Positions 46,733 through 61,543 of a DNA stretch of 64,000 nucleotides are shown in pieces. Position numbers and translations under genes: made by a program. The stretch is from NCBI RefSeq assembly GCF_009914755.1, contig NC_060926.1. One strand, given 5' to 3'. Source of the stretch: the human T2T-CHM13v2.0 reference genome, Homo sapiens. Within the stretch, counting starts at the first letter, position 1; every line of letters starts with the position of its first letter. The notes under the pieces are model-generated. The model was not told the DNA's origin and ran no database searches. It worked only from the letters and a program-made list of their open reading frames with translations.

Positions 46733-46931
46733 TTAAATGGTTAAGAAATACATACATACTAAAATTAATATGGTGTTTTCCTTTAAAAAGACTTGAGGCT
46801 TGTTTGAGGAAGTGGGCGTTGGGGTTGTGAGCTGGGTGATCTGGAATTGGGGGGGCATTCTAGCACCAGAGCTGGATGGATGTGGATGTGACTCCTAACA
46901 CACCCTGTGAACGGAGGGCTGGAGGGTGCAT

Positions 46932-47020
46932 GGGTGGGGTTGTGTGTTCCTAGGGTGTGTGCGAGGGTGGGGTTGTGTGTTCCTAGGGTGCGTGCACGGG
47001 TGTGGTTGTGTGTTCCTAGG
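46932..47020. repeat. 33-bp tandem repeat x 2.7
   Basis: gggtggggttgtgtgttcctagggtg.. at 46932, 46965 and 46998. Confidence 0.9.
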
Positions 47021-48234
47021 TTCTGGTCAGCCAGGTGCCATTCTCTGCATTCGCCTGGTGTTTCTGAGGACAAAATTGTGCAGAGCGAATGTGAACTTTG
47101 AAACTCACGTTATGCTCCAATTGTTCCCTACTCTAGCAATTGGGAATTGCTATTGGAGCAATTGGAGCAATTTCATTTTCAAAACAAGCCGTACAGCGGA
47201 ACTGAAAGTATCACATCCCTTGAGGACTCCGGACATGTTGGGGAAGGGGAACTTTCTAGAAGGTGGCATCTGCAGATGTCAACATCAGCGGCGGTGCCAA
47301 GAGGGGCTTTGCAGGGCCACAGGGCAGCAGCTCCATGCAGCTGGCCCCATCCCAGGCCTGGTGAGCTCTCCTGGCTGTGTACTCAGCCCTGAGCCTGATG
47401 ACCAACACCAGATGCACAGCCTGCTGTTTACCAAGCCCTCCCACCCACACCAGGGTGCCTCCTGACAGCCTCACGGGGACAAAGTGCAGGCATCATTCGT
47501 CCACATTTGACAGAGATGGAAGGGGGGCTCAGAGAAGCTGATTACTTACCCGAAGACACACAGCCTGCAAAGGGAGGTGGCACTTCCACATCCCACGCTC
47601 TGGCTGACCCTCTGCCTGTCCTCCTGTGCAGTATGTGGGGTCTCGTCACCAAGCGCTGGGATAAACTCGAGGGGCCAGGCTCAAGGCCACGCGTCCAGAG
47701 GCAAATGCTGCAAGAAGAGAGGTGCAGGAAACCCAGGTAACCGAAAGGCACCTGCCTCGAGTGAGCTCCCTCCAGCCCTGACACCTGTTCCTTCTTTCAG
47801 TGGAAAGGACAAGCCGCCGTCCACACTGCGCCTTTAACAGTTACACCCAGCGAGGCTGAGGAATGTTCCGGAACAGCCAGGATGTGGGCTTCTTTGTAGC
47901 GGGAGTGTGCCACATGTAGTTCAATCCTGAGTCGGAGGCCTGAGCAAGCAGCTTGCAAGATGTTTGAGGAGCTTAGCATTGACTGTGGCAGGCGGGCCAT
48001 TGCTTCTATGATTAAAAAGGCCCAACTCCCCCCTACATCTGCCCTCGACTCTCAGGGCACACCTGGGCCCTCAGGCCGGGTGTGCTCAGCTGAGCTTGGC
48101 CATTTCTCCTCCCTCGCTCCACAGGCGCACAGGGCCAGTTGGTCATCATGCAGCCCACGTGGCCTTTGGGACCAACCCTGCCCTGCTGGGATATGCTTCA
48201 GGGACCTGAGGATGGAACACTCCCCTGGGCCAGT

Positions 48235-48236
<2 letters not shown>

Positions 48237-48277
<41 letters not shown>
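48237..48277. repeat. (CA)~20 microsatellite
   Basis: Pure AC run. Confidence 0.97.
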
Positions 48278-48280
<3 letters not shown>

Positions 48281-48330
48281 GCAAAAACTGCTTTGTCCAA
48301 GAAAGGCACAGACGCATTTATAACCAGATT

Positions 48331-48475
48331 CCAAGGTCAGCTGCTTGGAGCATGAAGCGAGGTCATGTCCTCTTGCTTCTTGAATTAGGTCATCTCTCAA
48401 AGAAATCTCAGGGTCCTCCTTCCAAATAACTCCAAGACCCCCGGCCCAGCGGATGCTCTCTCAGTCCAAAGGTCA
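48331..48475 (+). promoter_or_regulatory. Nuclear-receptor half-site cluster (candidate enhancer)
   Basis: AGGTCA at 48334, 48360, 48387 and 48470. Motif only. Confidence 0.4.
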
Positions 48476-49189
48476 AGCCCTGGTCACAGCATCTCAAGGA
48501 GACAGACAAGTCACCTGAGTGTCTGTTGCAGCGGCCAACACCACAGGGTGTCGCTGTTAGGAAAGGTACCCTCCCCCTCCGGCCCTGCGAAGTCCCCCAA
48601 GCTCACAACCAGAAATCCTCAGCCACCAGGCAAGGAGCTGGCCTGTCCTGTCTTCCTGGCTCCTCTCCGCCTCAACTGGACCCACAACATCGAGTCCCCT
48701 GGGAACAGAGCATGGCACACTGACCATGCTTCTTAGGGCTGCCCAGTCACAGCCCCACACTGTGTTCAGAACCCCCACCCTCAGGCTCCCCCGCTGGGCC
48801 AGGGCGGGAGCCAGGCTCCCCTCTCTGTTTCAAAGCCCTTCCCCCAGCGCCCCTCCTGTGCAGGGATCAGTGGTGCTTCTTTCAGGGGAAAACCACAGTT
48901 GCCCCGCATGAAATCTGAGGACACATACGTACGGCTGCGTGGTGGACGGTGTTGGGGATCTTTGTCATTGCTATGAGAATCTTGCTCCCAGTGCATTCCA
49001 TCTGATGCCTGTTGGAGGTGTGCACTGCATCAGGTGAGGCCACCATCCTGCCCACCTGTGATCCAAAAAAAAAAAAAAGATCTGGGAGGAGAATGGAGAT
49101 CTGGAGTCGGCCTGTGTGATGGGGGAGAAGCTGCTGCCGTCCCGAGCCTCAGAGGCAGAAGTCAGTGGCCCAAACTCCAGGGCCTAGTG

Positions 49190-49566
49190 CGTACACATGC
49201 ACACACGTATGTGCAGACCTGTGTGTGCCTATGCACAGATATGCATCTAGGATGTGTGCACACATGTTCACACAGAGGATACAATGAACTGCTACATGTT
49301 TCCGTGTATATATATTACATATAGATATTTACTGGTTTGCATATATGTGTATATATACTGGTATATGTGTGTGTAGACTATCATGCATGTATGTGTGTAT
49401 ACATATACTAGTATGTATGCGTGTGCATATATAGAGGTATATACATGTGTGTGTACCCGTATCTATTTACTAGTATATATGATGTGTGTGTGTACTGGTA
49501 TGGATGTGTGGGTATGTGCACTTGCTGGTATGTATGTAGGTGTTTGCTAACACATACATGCACACG
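49190..49566. repeat. Degenerate (TG)/(TA)/(CA) low-complexity tract
   Basis: Alternating purine/pyrimidine-rich sequence. Confidence 0.85.
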
Positions 49567-49684
49567 CAGAATGCTTCCAGGGGACTGCACAGCCTCTAGT
49601 TCGCAGCCCCCACCCCTCCCTTTGCCCCTGCACTCTCCCCTCTCTGAGCTGCATTCGCATGAAAGGGTGCAGGTTCTGACCCCG

Positions 49685-49703
49685 CAGCGCCACCTCCTGG
49701 ACA
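49685..49703 (-). promoter_or_regulatory. CTCF motif
   Basis: Reverse complement TGTCCAGGAGGTGGCGCTG; 13/14 to the CCASYAGRKGGCRS core. Confidence 0.6.
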
Positions 49704-50142
49704 CCTAGGGATTTCTGGCAGCGCCTGCTTGGCCACCAGCACTGAGGGAAAGATGAATCCGAGGGAGATCAGGGGATGGGGCACTGAGTGACGTCCCCAG
49801 GATCACAGGGTTCTCAGATGGCCCCAGCAGTCCATTTGCAACTCTACAGATGAATTCCAAAGCGCCAGAACCCTTAATTAATCAGGGACTCCTCCACCTC
49901 GAAGTGGGAAAGACAGCCCCAGGAGAGTAAAGTCTGGGTGACCCCAGGAGGGACAGGGGAACTTGCTGGGCAGCTGGCCCTGTGCTGCCACAGCTTGTCA
50001 GGGAGGTTTCTACAGCACATGGAGGGAGGTGGGTGGTGGGGGCAGTAAGCAGAGGGAGGGGAGGCTCCAGGGGGTCCCGGATGGGGTGCTCGAGGCTTCG
50101 GGGAACCTGGAGTGGAAGAGAGTTTTAGAAGAAGCAAGCCAG

Positions 50143-50439
50143 GGCCAGGCACAGCGGCTCAGGCATGTAATCCCAGCACTTTGGGAGGCAGAGGAGGGCA
50201 GATCACCTGAGATCAGGAGTTTGAGACCAGCCCGGCCAACATGGTGAAACCCCATATCTACTAAAACTACAAAAATTAGCCAGGCATGGTGGTGCACTTC
50301 TGTAATCCCAACTATTCAGGAAGCTGACGTAGGAGAATCACTTGCACCCAGAAGGCAGAGGTTGCAGTGAGCCGAGATCATGCCACTGTACTGCAGCCTG
50401 GGTGACAGAGTGAGACTCCATCAAAAAAAAAAAAAAAAA
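50143..50439 (+). mobile_element. AluSx
   Basis: Full dimer. Confidence 0.95.
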
Positions 50440-50569
50440 GACAATGCTTAAATAGGGCAAATTGAAATCCTGTCCAGTGGAATAGCACTTCTGAGGTGTT
50501 CCTGCCAAGACAGATAACGCAAATCAAATCCCCAGGGGGCAGCAGTCTCTCAAGTGGCGGCACAGCCCA

Positions 50570-50985
50570 CAGAATAACTGGCCCTTAATCTTCGAAAGTG
50601 TCAAGGCCATGAAAGTCAAGTAAAGACTGAGCTCAGCTTCAGACTCTAGGAGACTAAGGAGATGTGACAACCAGAAGCCACATACCATTTTGAACTGGGT
50701 GCATTCACTGTGAAGAAATCATCAGACCACTGGGGAGACTTGAACAGCAGCAACGCGCCCTGCGAACTTGAGTTGTGAGTGAAGGTTGTTCTGACCGACC
50801 ATGTAGGAGAAAGTCCATATTTGCAGGAAGTACATGGGAGTATTTGGGGTGATGGAGTATTGGAGGTGGAGTATTAGGGAGCAAGTGTTGACAATTTACC
50901 CCCAAATGGTTCAGGAAAAAATGCATGATTTGTGCTGCAGTGGAAGCTCTTCTTAAGTCAGAGATTATTTTAGATTTTTTAAAAA
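50570..50985 (+). mobile_element. L1MC/MD-like 3' UTR fragment
   Basis: aaagtgtcaaggccatgaaagtcaagtaaagactgag..gagactaaggagatgtgacaac. Confidence 0.7.
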
Positions 50986-52076
50986 TTACACACACACGCC
51001 CACAAAACTATCTCTGGCAAATTCCTGAGAAGAGCAGGACTCTCCTCCTCCAATGAGCAATTCTAACCAGGGAAACTTCTCTACGTGGCATTGAAATCTG
51101 GCCCACAGGAGGTGCTTCCCTGGCCCCAACCCCCTCTTCCCTCAGACTCCTAACAGGATGGAGTCAGGGAAACAGGATCAACACACCTGGGGGTCCAGCC
51201 TGTAGAGCGTCGGCAGGGAGGGTCATCGCTGGCTTTTACTGGGCACTCACTGTGTGGATGGGGTTTGAAGTCAACCTGACCAGGGATTGAATCTTGGCTT
51301 ACCTTAGCTGTGTGATCCTGGGCAAGTCGCTTTACCTCTCTGAGTCTTGGCTTTCTGCTGTGTAAAATAAGGATAAATAACCTCTATCTTGCTGGGTTGT
51401 GGTTCAGATTAGAGAGAATTGTGCAGAATGTCAGGTACAGCAATGGGTTTCCAGACTTTAGGCCTGTGGGAAGTCAGCCTCAGAATCTCCTGGGAAACTT
51501 CTTATCAAACACAGATTCCTGTAACCTGCTCTCAGAGATTCTGATCAAATTCACCTGGCCAGTTTCAGCTACACCTGCTGAACTATTTACCGAACTATTT
51601 ACAGCTCTCCAAATGCACTATAGCACTTCTTACCACTATGCCTTTGTACACACAGTTCCCCCATCTAGAGGCCCTTCCCCCTTTGATTGGAAAACTCCTA
51701 GTCATCCTTCAAAACCCAGCTGAAATGTCTCCCCATTGATGAAGACTTTCCTAACCATGCCCTCATCTCCCAGTACTCGCTTCTTTGCCAGATCAGTTGT
51801 TATGACATGAATAAGAAGTATAATTACCTTCCATTTAGTGAATCTATTATGTACCTCTCATTTCACATACTGTATCTTAACAATAGTTACGCCAAGTACT
51901 AATTATTAGCCCTGTTTCCCTGTTTACATATGAAAAAGCTGAGTCTCTGAGGGCTTAAGCAGCTTGCCCTCAGTCCCACAGCTGATAGGGGACAAAGCCA
52001 GAACCCCACGCTACTGAGCCCCGAATCTCTAGCTCTGGTCCTTATGGTCTTGGTCTGCCTTCCCCTCAGCACGTGA

Positions 52077-52425
<349 letters not shown>

Positions 52426-52654
52426 TAGGGTTAGGGTTCATTCACCTCTGAGTCCTCATCAGCACATTCCCTGATGCGCAAACAGCAGGGAACCCTAAGT
52501 GTCGGTCCCTATCTCCTAGGTCCACACCGCCTTCCGTCACACCAGGCTCTCTCCAGACTGGCTGAGAGGGTGGAGCTGGGAGCCTCTGAGGCTGGTAAGC
52601 CGCGTGCCTTTGGAGGGTGGGGTAACAAGCAGGGCCTCTCCTAAGGAGGGCTTC

Positions 52655-52790
52655 CCCGGCCTTCCTTCCTCGGGGCGCAGCATCGACATTCGCCACCAGG
52701 GGGTGCTGCCGCACCGTTCCCGGCGCCGCCTCTGCCCCGCGAGGGACTGGGGCGTTTTCCACCGGGCGCGTGTCTGGGGCTGTGACTCAG
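52655..52790. promoter_or_regulatory. Small CpG-dense patch with a CTCF motif (52690-52708, +) and an AP-1 site (52783-89)
   Basis: TCGCCACCAGGGGGTGCTG; about 16 CpGs in ~115 bp; TGACTCA. Confidence 0.65.
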
Positions 52791-53586
52791 AATCCTCAAA
52801 CTCAGAGTTCGCAGACGGAGGAACTCATGCTCAAACGTCTGAACAAAAATATACAGAGCATGAAATTTTTACTCCAGAAATAGTGCACCTCTCTCCCCCT
52901 TGGGGAAAAGTGTTTTCCCTACTTCCGTAGGAGTTAACTCGCCAAGGCTTTTAGGAGACGCCGCACAGCTGTGCTCCCGCTCGTTGAAAAAAAGATGCCA
53001 AAAGTGTAGAATTTGACCACAAACAACCGAGCTTCACAACGGAGTGTGGCTTGTGTGCCAGGCCCTGTGCTGGGGGTGCAAAAGGCCCCCCGTGTCCAGC
53101 CTGGCAGCAGTGACTTCGGGGTCCCTCCTGCAAGCTTGGCTACAGGTGTTCAATCTTACTGACATATTTTACAAATATAGCTACATTTTTCCAGCCCAAA
53201 TTCAGTACACATGACCTAGCAAAGCATTCCAGAGGCAAACGGCTTTCTAGGAAGTGTAGCTTAGGCACCTAAATGCTGGCATTCTGGGGCTGATGGCGTA
53301 CGGGAGCCATGAGCAGAGGGTTTGAAAACGGACCTGTCTGGAAAGCCCAGGTCAGAGGGTCCCAAGAGCAGGGCTGGGCAGGCCCCAGATGCCTCCCTTG
53401 TAGGGGATTCTGGGGTCTCCTCCCCTCATAGACCCTTCTCCTCCACGAAGCTTCTTCCGGGGGCCAGAGCAAAGTCCCTCTTCTGTCTGGCATTCCACCC
53501 AAGCCGCCTCCTTTTCTGTCTGCACCTTCTCCTGGGAAATCTCATTCAAGTCCATGGCCTTAAGCCTCTATCAAGGATGCCCCTAA

Positions 53587-54079
<493 letters not shown>

Positions 54080-54796
54080 TGTGAACCTAAAAGTGTCTGA
54101 GACACCCAATCAATCTGGAAAGTTTATTTTGCCAGTGTTAAAGACACACCCATGTTACAGCCTCAGGAGGCCCTGAGGTCATGTACCCAAGTGGTGGGGG
54201 CACAGCTTGCTTTCATACATTTTAGGGAGACACGAGACATCAATCAATATATGTAAGATGTACATTGGTTCGCTCCCCTAAGGCAGGACAACTTGAAGTT
54301 GGGGGAACTTCCAGGTCATGGGTAGATAAGAAACAAAAGGTTATTTTGGGTCTTTGATCAGCCTTTCATTGAATACACAATTTACGTGGGAGGACGGAGT
54401 AGAGGAATAGTCACTTAGGCCTTAGTCTGACTCAGTGAACCTGCGTTTTTATTTTAAAATAGGGCAGAAGAAGCCATCAGATATGCATTTGTCTCCGGTG
54501 AGCAGAGGGAACACCGAGTTCTGTCCTTTTCCCACACCTAGGAAGACAAGCTATCAATTTACGTTGCCAGGCTGAAATTCAACAGAACTGTTTTAGGGTT
54601 TTGCCGTCCACAAGGAATTTCCTTGTGGGAAATTGTGATGGAGGTATGTAGGCATGTAGCTTTTTTTTTTTTTAATCTTTGTAGCTATCTTATTTAGGAA
54701 TCAAATAGGAGGCAGGTTTGCCTGATGCAGTTCTCTGTTTGACTTTTCCCTTTGGCCTAGTGATTTTGGGGTGCTGAGATTTATTTTCCATTCACA
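54080..54796 (-). mobile_element. MER4A-like ERV1 solo LTR
   Basis: Reverse complement starts tgtgaatggaaaataaatctc..ccccaaaatcactaggccaaagggaaaagtcaa; TG..CA termini; 4-bp acac on both sides. Confidence 0.9.
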
Positions 54797-55059
54797 ACAC
54801 ACACACACACACATACACACACACATGAGATATTAAACTGGCAACCGGCACAGTGCACAGCTCCATGTTCCAGGCATGGTGGACCCAACCTGGTCCCTGA
54901 CCACCTGCAGCCCCCACCAGCTCAGGCCTCCCTCCTGTCTGATTTCTACCTCCTCATGGGGCTGGGCTTCCCCGGCCACAGTTCTCTCCTACTTGGCCAT
55001 TTTCTGCAATCCGGAGTTTTTGTTCCCAAACTTGTGCCTAAATTTCTCAGGCACTAGAT

Positions 55060-55490
55060 GATGCAACAGGGGAGTCTGGAATTTGGAGACAGTTCAAATC
55101 TCAGCTGCGCCACCACTAGCATCCACGTGACCTCCAACGAGTCATTACCCTCTCCAAGCCTCCGTTTCTTCCTACATGAAGTGGGAGAAACCACGCCCAC
55201 CCCACAAGGTTCTTGGTGACAAAGTGAGGGGAACCATCTAGATTGAGCAGAGGAGTGTTTTAGTCTGAAGAGCAAAATGATTTGGGAGTGAGGGTGTAAA
55301 CCCTAGTGCTGCCACTTGCTACCTGTGACCTTGGGCAAGTTATCTAGCCTCACATACCTCAGTCTTCTCAGCCATAAAATGGGTACAATTATAGCACTTA
55401 CCCGCTTACACAACAACGGTGAATTGAGTTAGTCTCTGTAGAGCGTGTTTAGCACTGTGTCCAGAACACAGTGAGTGCCGCCTCCATGAT
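55060..55490 (+). mobile_element. Two MIR copies
   Basis: ttcaaatctcagctgcgccaccactagc; gccacttgctacctgtgaccttgggcaagtta..cctcagtcttctca. Confidence 0.75.
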
Positions 55491-56169
55491 TTGGTAACAC
55501 AAGCGTTTGTCGTGGTCATTTCAGGAAGGCTCTGGTAAGTGGAGTGCAGCCCGGATGAGAGCCGGCTGGAGAAAGCTGACTTGTGTCAGCTCAGGGGACA
55601 GAGGGGTACAGAGTAGCCTGGAGGCGGCGCCAGGTGGGAGCTGACGAAGCCTGCGGGGGGGCTGAGGCCAGCGTGGTGGAGGGAGCCAGCGGGAGCGCTG
55701 CACTTTGATGGGCTCTGAGCGCCTCCGGGCACCCGTAGTTCAGCTGCTTCTCTCCACCCCTCCAAAGGGCGGGAGAGACAGGAATCCCACCTTCCGCCAT
55801 GCCCTCCTTCAGGGCCTGGCCTCACACGTGCCTGGTAGCAGGATGGCAACCCGATGGCGACTTCAGGCTTCACACCCACAGACGACCGTAATCAGAGAAA
55901 GTAAAAAAGAAAGAAAAAACCCTCCCAGCCCAGGATTTTGACCAAGACTCCTGACGTTCACCTCGACTGGACCTCTTGGGCCATGTGCCCAACGCCAAGC
56001 CAGTGACCATGGGGAATGGAACGGCTCCATCAAACAGGGCCCTCCTTGCTGGGAGTGGGGCAGGCCCCCCCCCCCCAGGCACAAAGAGACCCGGGCTGGG
56101 ATGGAGGACGTGGGGAACAAACATTGGTGGGCACCAGCCATGTGTGTGCCACTGTCCCTGTTGCATTTG

Positions 56170-56700
56170 CAGCCGACCTCAAATCTGTTCTTCAGAGTTG
56201 ACTGTCGGATGCTCATCACTGAACGTCTCTCAGACGCCCCACAAGTGTTCATATTCAACAAGTCTAGAAATGAACCCTCACCCTCAAACCCACCTTCTCC
56301 CCCTGGATTTCCTGTCCTGGTTGACACCTGGTTGAACCACTCACCATCCTAGTTCCCCAAAACCTGGGAATCACCACCCCCTCCCCATCCCCCAAGTCTG
56401 GCCAATTCCATCCCCCGGCGGCATTCATACCTGGCCCCATCTCTCCTTTTCCAATTGCCACCACCCAGACCCAATACTCTGCACCAAGACCCACAGGCCA
56501 CTGTCTTAGGCCAAATATTGGCTCTCTGGCCCTTGCCAGAGAAAGCTAGCCAACCCCTGACCTGGATCTGTAACTGGTCTCCTGGCTCCCATCCATCCTC
56601 CACATCTGATGGCATCATTCAACAATGTAAGAATGTCAGTGGCCCCTGGTGACCTGCCACCCACAGCCTGCAGGATCTGACCCCCGCCTTCCCCTGCAGC
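56170..56700. mobile_element. L2 fragment
   Basis: tcaacaagtctagaaatgaaccc..ccaaaacctgggaatcacc..cacctggatctgtaactggtctccctg. Confidence 0.6.
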
Positions 56701-56899
56701 CTCACCGTACACCTTCCTACCCACCCTGCGTTTGGGCAACTGGCACAAAAGGCTCCCAAACACGCCATGCTTTTTCATGTTTTTCTTTATACTTCAGGTG
56801 CATGAGGCTGAGTTCCTCATATTCCTCAACGCCGTCAGTGCCCCATGCAAGACCCCATCTTTTTAATAATCAATGTTATCTCTTTCATTTCTGCCGACC

Positions 56900-57555
56900 A
56901 CTCCCATTTCCCTTCTTCCCAAAGGCAATAATGCTACCTGTGTTAACATGTATCTTTCATCTGGGTCTTGTGAAATACGTGTTGCCAAGTTTTTGTGTGT
57001 GTTTTAATGCCTATAAATGGTGTTGTTTTATATATTACATTTTTTTGACCATTTTCTCTAAACACTGTTTAGTTTAAGACACATTCCTTTTGCTCTTTGC
57101 ACAACTCATTTAATTCTCATTGCTGCGCAGTTCTCCAAAGTATGGATTAAAACCGTTTCATGCATCTATTTTCCTGGATTGCTTTTAAATTGACACCATC
57201 TCAAACAAAGCTGCAGGGCATGAATTTGTATATGCCCCTTAGGTGAGAATTTCTTTGAGAACTATTCCCGGGAGTAGAACAACTGGGTCACAGAATAAAC
57301 CTGTGCTTGATTTCACAGCTGCCCCTAGAAGGACAGTTACATTCGCACTGGAAGGCCCGTCCTTTATTTCCTCCCGTCCGTCCTCAGGTTTCTGAGTGTT
57401 TCCAGTCGAGTGGCCTTAAGATAATACCTCATTATTGTCTTAATGTACAATACAGTTCTCTGATTACTAATTTGGGCATCTCTTGATATGCTTGTTTGAT
57501 TTGGGGAAATCTATAAATTACCTGTCCATATCCTTTGCCCCCTTTTCCATGGTGG
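56900..57555 (-). mobile_element. L1ME-class 3' fragment
   Basis: aaacaaagctgc..gagtagaacaactgggtca..acctcattattgtcttaat..tctctgattactaat..cctgtccatatcctttgccc. Confidence 0.65.
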
Positions 57556-58153
57556 CTTCTGATTTTCAGGGGTTCCTTTGCTTCTTGTTCTTACCTCTGC
57601 CTCTGCTGGCCTACCCTGTCCCTGGTCCTCTAAAGGCAGCTGTGTGCTCACATGGCCCCTGCAAAGCAGGTACCCCAAGCCACAGACAAGGCCCCTGCCT
57701 CAGGTGATGACATGGGAACCCCCTGTGTTCTTCTTGAGTTTTCTGCTCTTCCGTCCCCGGCCCACACTCCTGCTCAGTGACTCTTCTGGGACCCACCAGC
57801 CACATCCCCTTGACCTTGTCTTGATGAGGAGCCTTGCTTTCCCCGCCACCATTCTGGCAGCAGAGTTCAGTTCTGGCTGCTGCCTTGTGCTCCTTTCCCC
57901 TCGGCCAAGCCAGGGTGGGGGCCAGGGGAAAGCCACTTCTGTCTGAGCTCCATTCTCCAGGTGCCCCCACCAGCACACTACAGAGTCTCAGCTGCGATGG
58001 CACCATCTCTGGGGGCTTCCTGACCTGACCTTCCCTGGCAGCTGGTTCCTCCCTCCTCTGTGGTCCCTTGCAGCACTTATCACTTTGCTACAGTGAGGGG
58101 GTTCCACACCTGCTTCTGCATTTACTCAGGGAACTCATTAAAAGCGGGGATCC

Positions 58154-58561
<408 letters not shown>

Positions 58562-60739
58562 CTAAGCACTTTACAAGCATTATTGCATTATCACAATTTT
58601 ATAACCCTATGTGGTTGGAACCTTTAATATCCTCCTTTTACAGGTAAAGACATTTGAAGAAATTAGGTAAGGTGTCCAAGACCACACAGCTAGTGAACAA
58701 CCATTCAATGAATGAACCAAGGCATGGGCACATGCTGCCAACGCTGAAGTTCATGCCAAGCAGAGCCACTGCCCAGAGCAATCTTCCTTGGCACAAAATG
58801 AATGCCAAATGCTTAACTCTGCTCCTCAGACGGTCAACATGAGTTGCCATAGCCTGGGGAGGTGACTTGGAAATGGGGACTTCCCACATATTCCTGCTGC
58901 ACACAACCCAGGCTGGACTGGTCTTTTAGCGCCTAATCTGCAAGAGTGCTGGCTGCACTGGCTGGGAATGACAGTCCCCACACAGCCCTTCAGATGACAC
59001 CAAGAGTGAGGGACAGGGAAGGGTCAGGGGCTTGCCCTGGCTCCAGCAAGCACCCGGCTTGCAACTGCTGCCACCCAGGCCGGGGAGTCCTAGGGCCTGC
59101 ACCCGCCTCAGCTGCTGCTCCTGCGGCTCTGCTGATTGCCCGACTGGGAAATTCGGGGGGTTGCCCGGTTGTTTATGCCACTCTTGTTTGGGGGACAGTC
59201 AAGCCAAGCCACCCTCGGGAAGAGCAACCCAGGACAGGTGCCTGCCTGTAAAGAGCAGGTGACGATCATTGGACAAAACCCCTGGGCCACTTTCCCATCT
59301 CCAGGGCAGCCCCTGGCTGGGGGGATCCTGGTGACGTTCAGCGGCTCTGGGCTCTGTGTGGACCTGGACAGGGCCGACCAGCTCCTTCCTGCCCCCCAGT
59401 ATCACAACCCCATCAGTGGGCTCCCCACACCCCCATCAGGTCAGCTCCAGAGAAAATGACACTTCGATGAGCAACCTAAGGTGGGGAGAAGAGGATTCAA
59501 CCTGGGGAGACAATGATTTGGAGGTGGTAAGTTTGACCTCAGTCTGGAATAGGCCAGGGATCCTGGCTTTCTTACTTACAAATAGTGTGGCATGGGGCAA
59601 TTTACTTAAGCCCCCAGGGCCCCGGTTTCTTGTCTGTGTAATGGGATCAATAGCGCCTCCTCCAAGACGCCATGGGGACTTGCTGGGATACCGTGTGAGG
59701 GCCTCAGGCCGATGGCATGCAGGGAGTCCTCAGTGCCCGGGACGCGTTGACTGTTCCAGCAGCCAGTGCGGGGTGTTTGGGTGGGAAGGAAAGGAGCCAA
59801 GTTTGTCAATGGAAAGGGAACCAGCTTTTGTCAACTCCGCAAGAATTCCTAGAGCACCCTGTGGGCAGGCAATGATCAAGGCTGTGCCAAAAATGGCCCC
59901 TGGCCTCAGAGCTCATGCTCCAGCGTGGAAATTGGAAACTGGAGGCCAAGAAGGGGGCTGGCTGCAATGAATATAAAATCACACTCCGGGGCAGTGCGCT
60001 CTGTGGGGCAGAGCAGGGTTCTGAACGACGTAGGCTCCATGAGGCGGTGGAGCAGGCTGGGCTTGCCTCTCCTTTCCTAGACACCACACCAGGCATTTCT
60101 ATGCTCGTCACTTCACTGAGTCACCTCAGCAGTCCTCTGGGATGGGTCTCTTTGATAAAGATTTTTTTTTTATTGATTCTATAGATAAAGAAACAGTGGC
60201 TCAGAGAGGTTGAACGACTTGCCCAGGGTCACACAGCCAGGTGGGGACAGTGTTGGGCGGGTCAATCCCAAACCCATCTGAACGGAACTTGGTCCACACC
60301 TTTCCCACCACTCCTCACTATGCTGACCCCTAGAATTCTGGTTCTAGGAGGGTCCCCATCAGTCCCTCTCACCCCAGGGAGACAGACTCTGATGGCTGCT
60401 GAGGCAAACTGCCTTTCTGTCCCCTTGCAGCTGGCTGTGGTGTGGCCCTGGCACCCCTCGGGGGCTTTGGGGAAGGTCAGATAAGCCTGGTCTGGAGAAG
60501 AGCCAGCCATGGGCTCTGTGGCTCCGCTTAGGGCTGCTGGCCCCTCGGGGCCTCGCTGAGAGGTGGCTGGCGGGACCTGGAGAGGATGAGAGTTCAGCGG
60601 CTCTCGATGGCCCCACCTGAGCCCCAACACTGGCTGGAAAACCATGTGGAACCCCAGGGGCAAACTCCAGGGATGAAATGACACTTCACCAAAAAGACCC
60701 GTAGACCCTGGCCTCTTGGAGCTGACACCCTCGTGTAAA

Positions 60740-61070
60740 GGTGAGGGGATGTCACTTCTTAGACCAGGTTACACACTGACGGTGGCTTCACTCTTGCTCT
60801 CTCTCGCCTGTGTCCCTGCTCACGCTGAGGGAATGCCTGTGGAGAGGCCCAAGAGGCAACAAACCGATGTCTACATTCTGTGGGGACCTGCGGCGGCCGC
60901 TGTGGCTGCCACCTGAGTGAGTGTGGAGCGGTTGTTGCCCCAGCTTCCCCCTGACTGTAGCCAGCGAGAGACCCTGAGCTGGAGGGCCCAGCTAAGCCCA
61001 CCGCGTTCCTGACCCACAGGAGCTGTGGGATCATAAACGCTAAGCTACAACATTTTAGGGTAATCTGTTA
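60740..61070 (+). mobile_element. MLT1F-like LTR fragment
   Basis: gatgtcacttc..tgtggagaggccca..gagagaccctgagc..cccagctaagcc..ttcctgacccacag..tttagggtaatctgttatgtagc. Confidence 0.75.
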
Positions 61071-61178
61071 TGTAGCCATAGTGACCAACAAGTGGGAAAA
61101 AACACATAAACATCCCTGAAAGAAGGCCTAGGAAGCTGGTCATACTGGGTGTTGCGGGGAGGGAACCGGGGATCATTA

Positions 61179-61543
<365 letters not shown>

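Noticed and set aside
47113-47169. Nested hairpin (tgctccaattg/caattggagca; tagcaatt-ggg-aattgcta) as a possible miRNA or ncRNA
   Set aside because: It lies in the subterminal region of the Tigger13a-like element, the stems are short and interrupted, and nothing indicates expression.
50525-50545. Weaker CTCF-like matches (tccccagggggcag here; also ~5577, ~8080, ~55627)
   Set aside because: Two or more mismatches in the core; expected by chance in GC-rich DNA.
58876-58885. NF-kB site GGGACTTCCC
   Set aside because: An isolated motif with no supporting cluster.
59356-59970. Longest ORF (204 aa)
   Set aside because: It has a GTG start, crosses a MIR-like segment (~59550-59700) and shows no recognisable domain.
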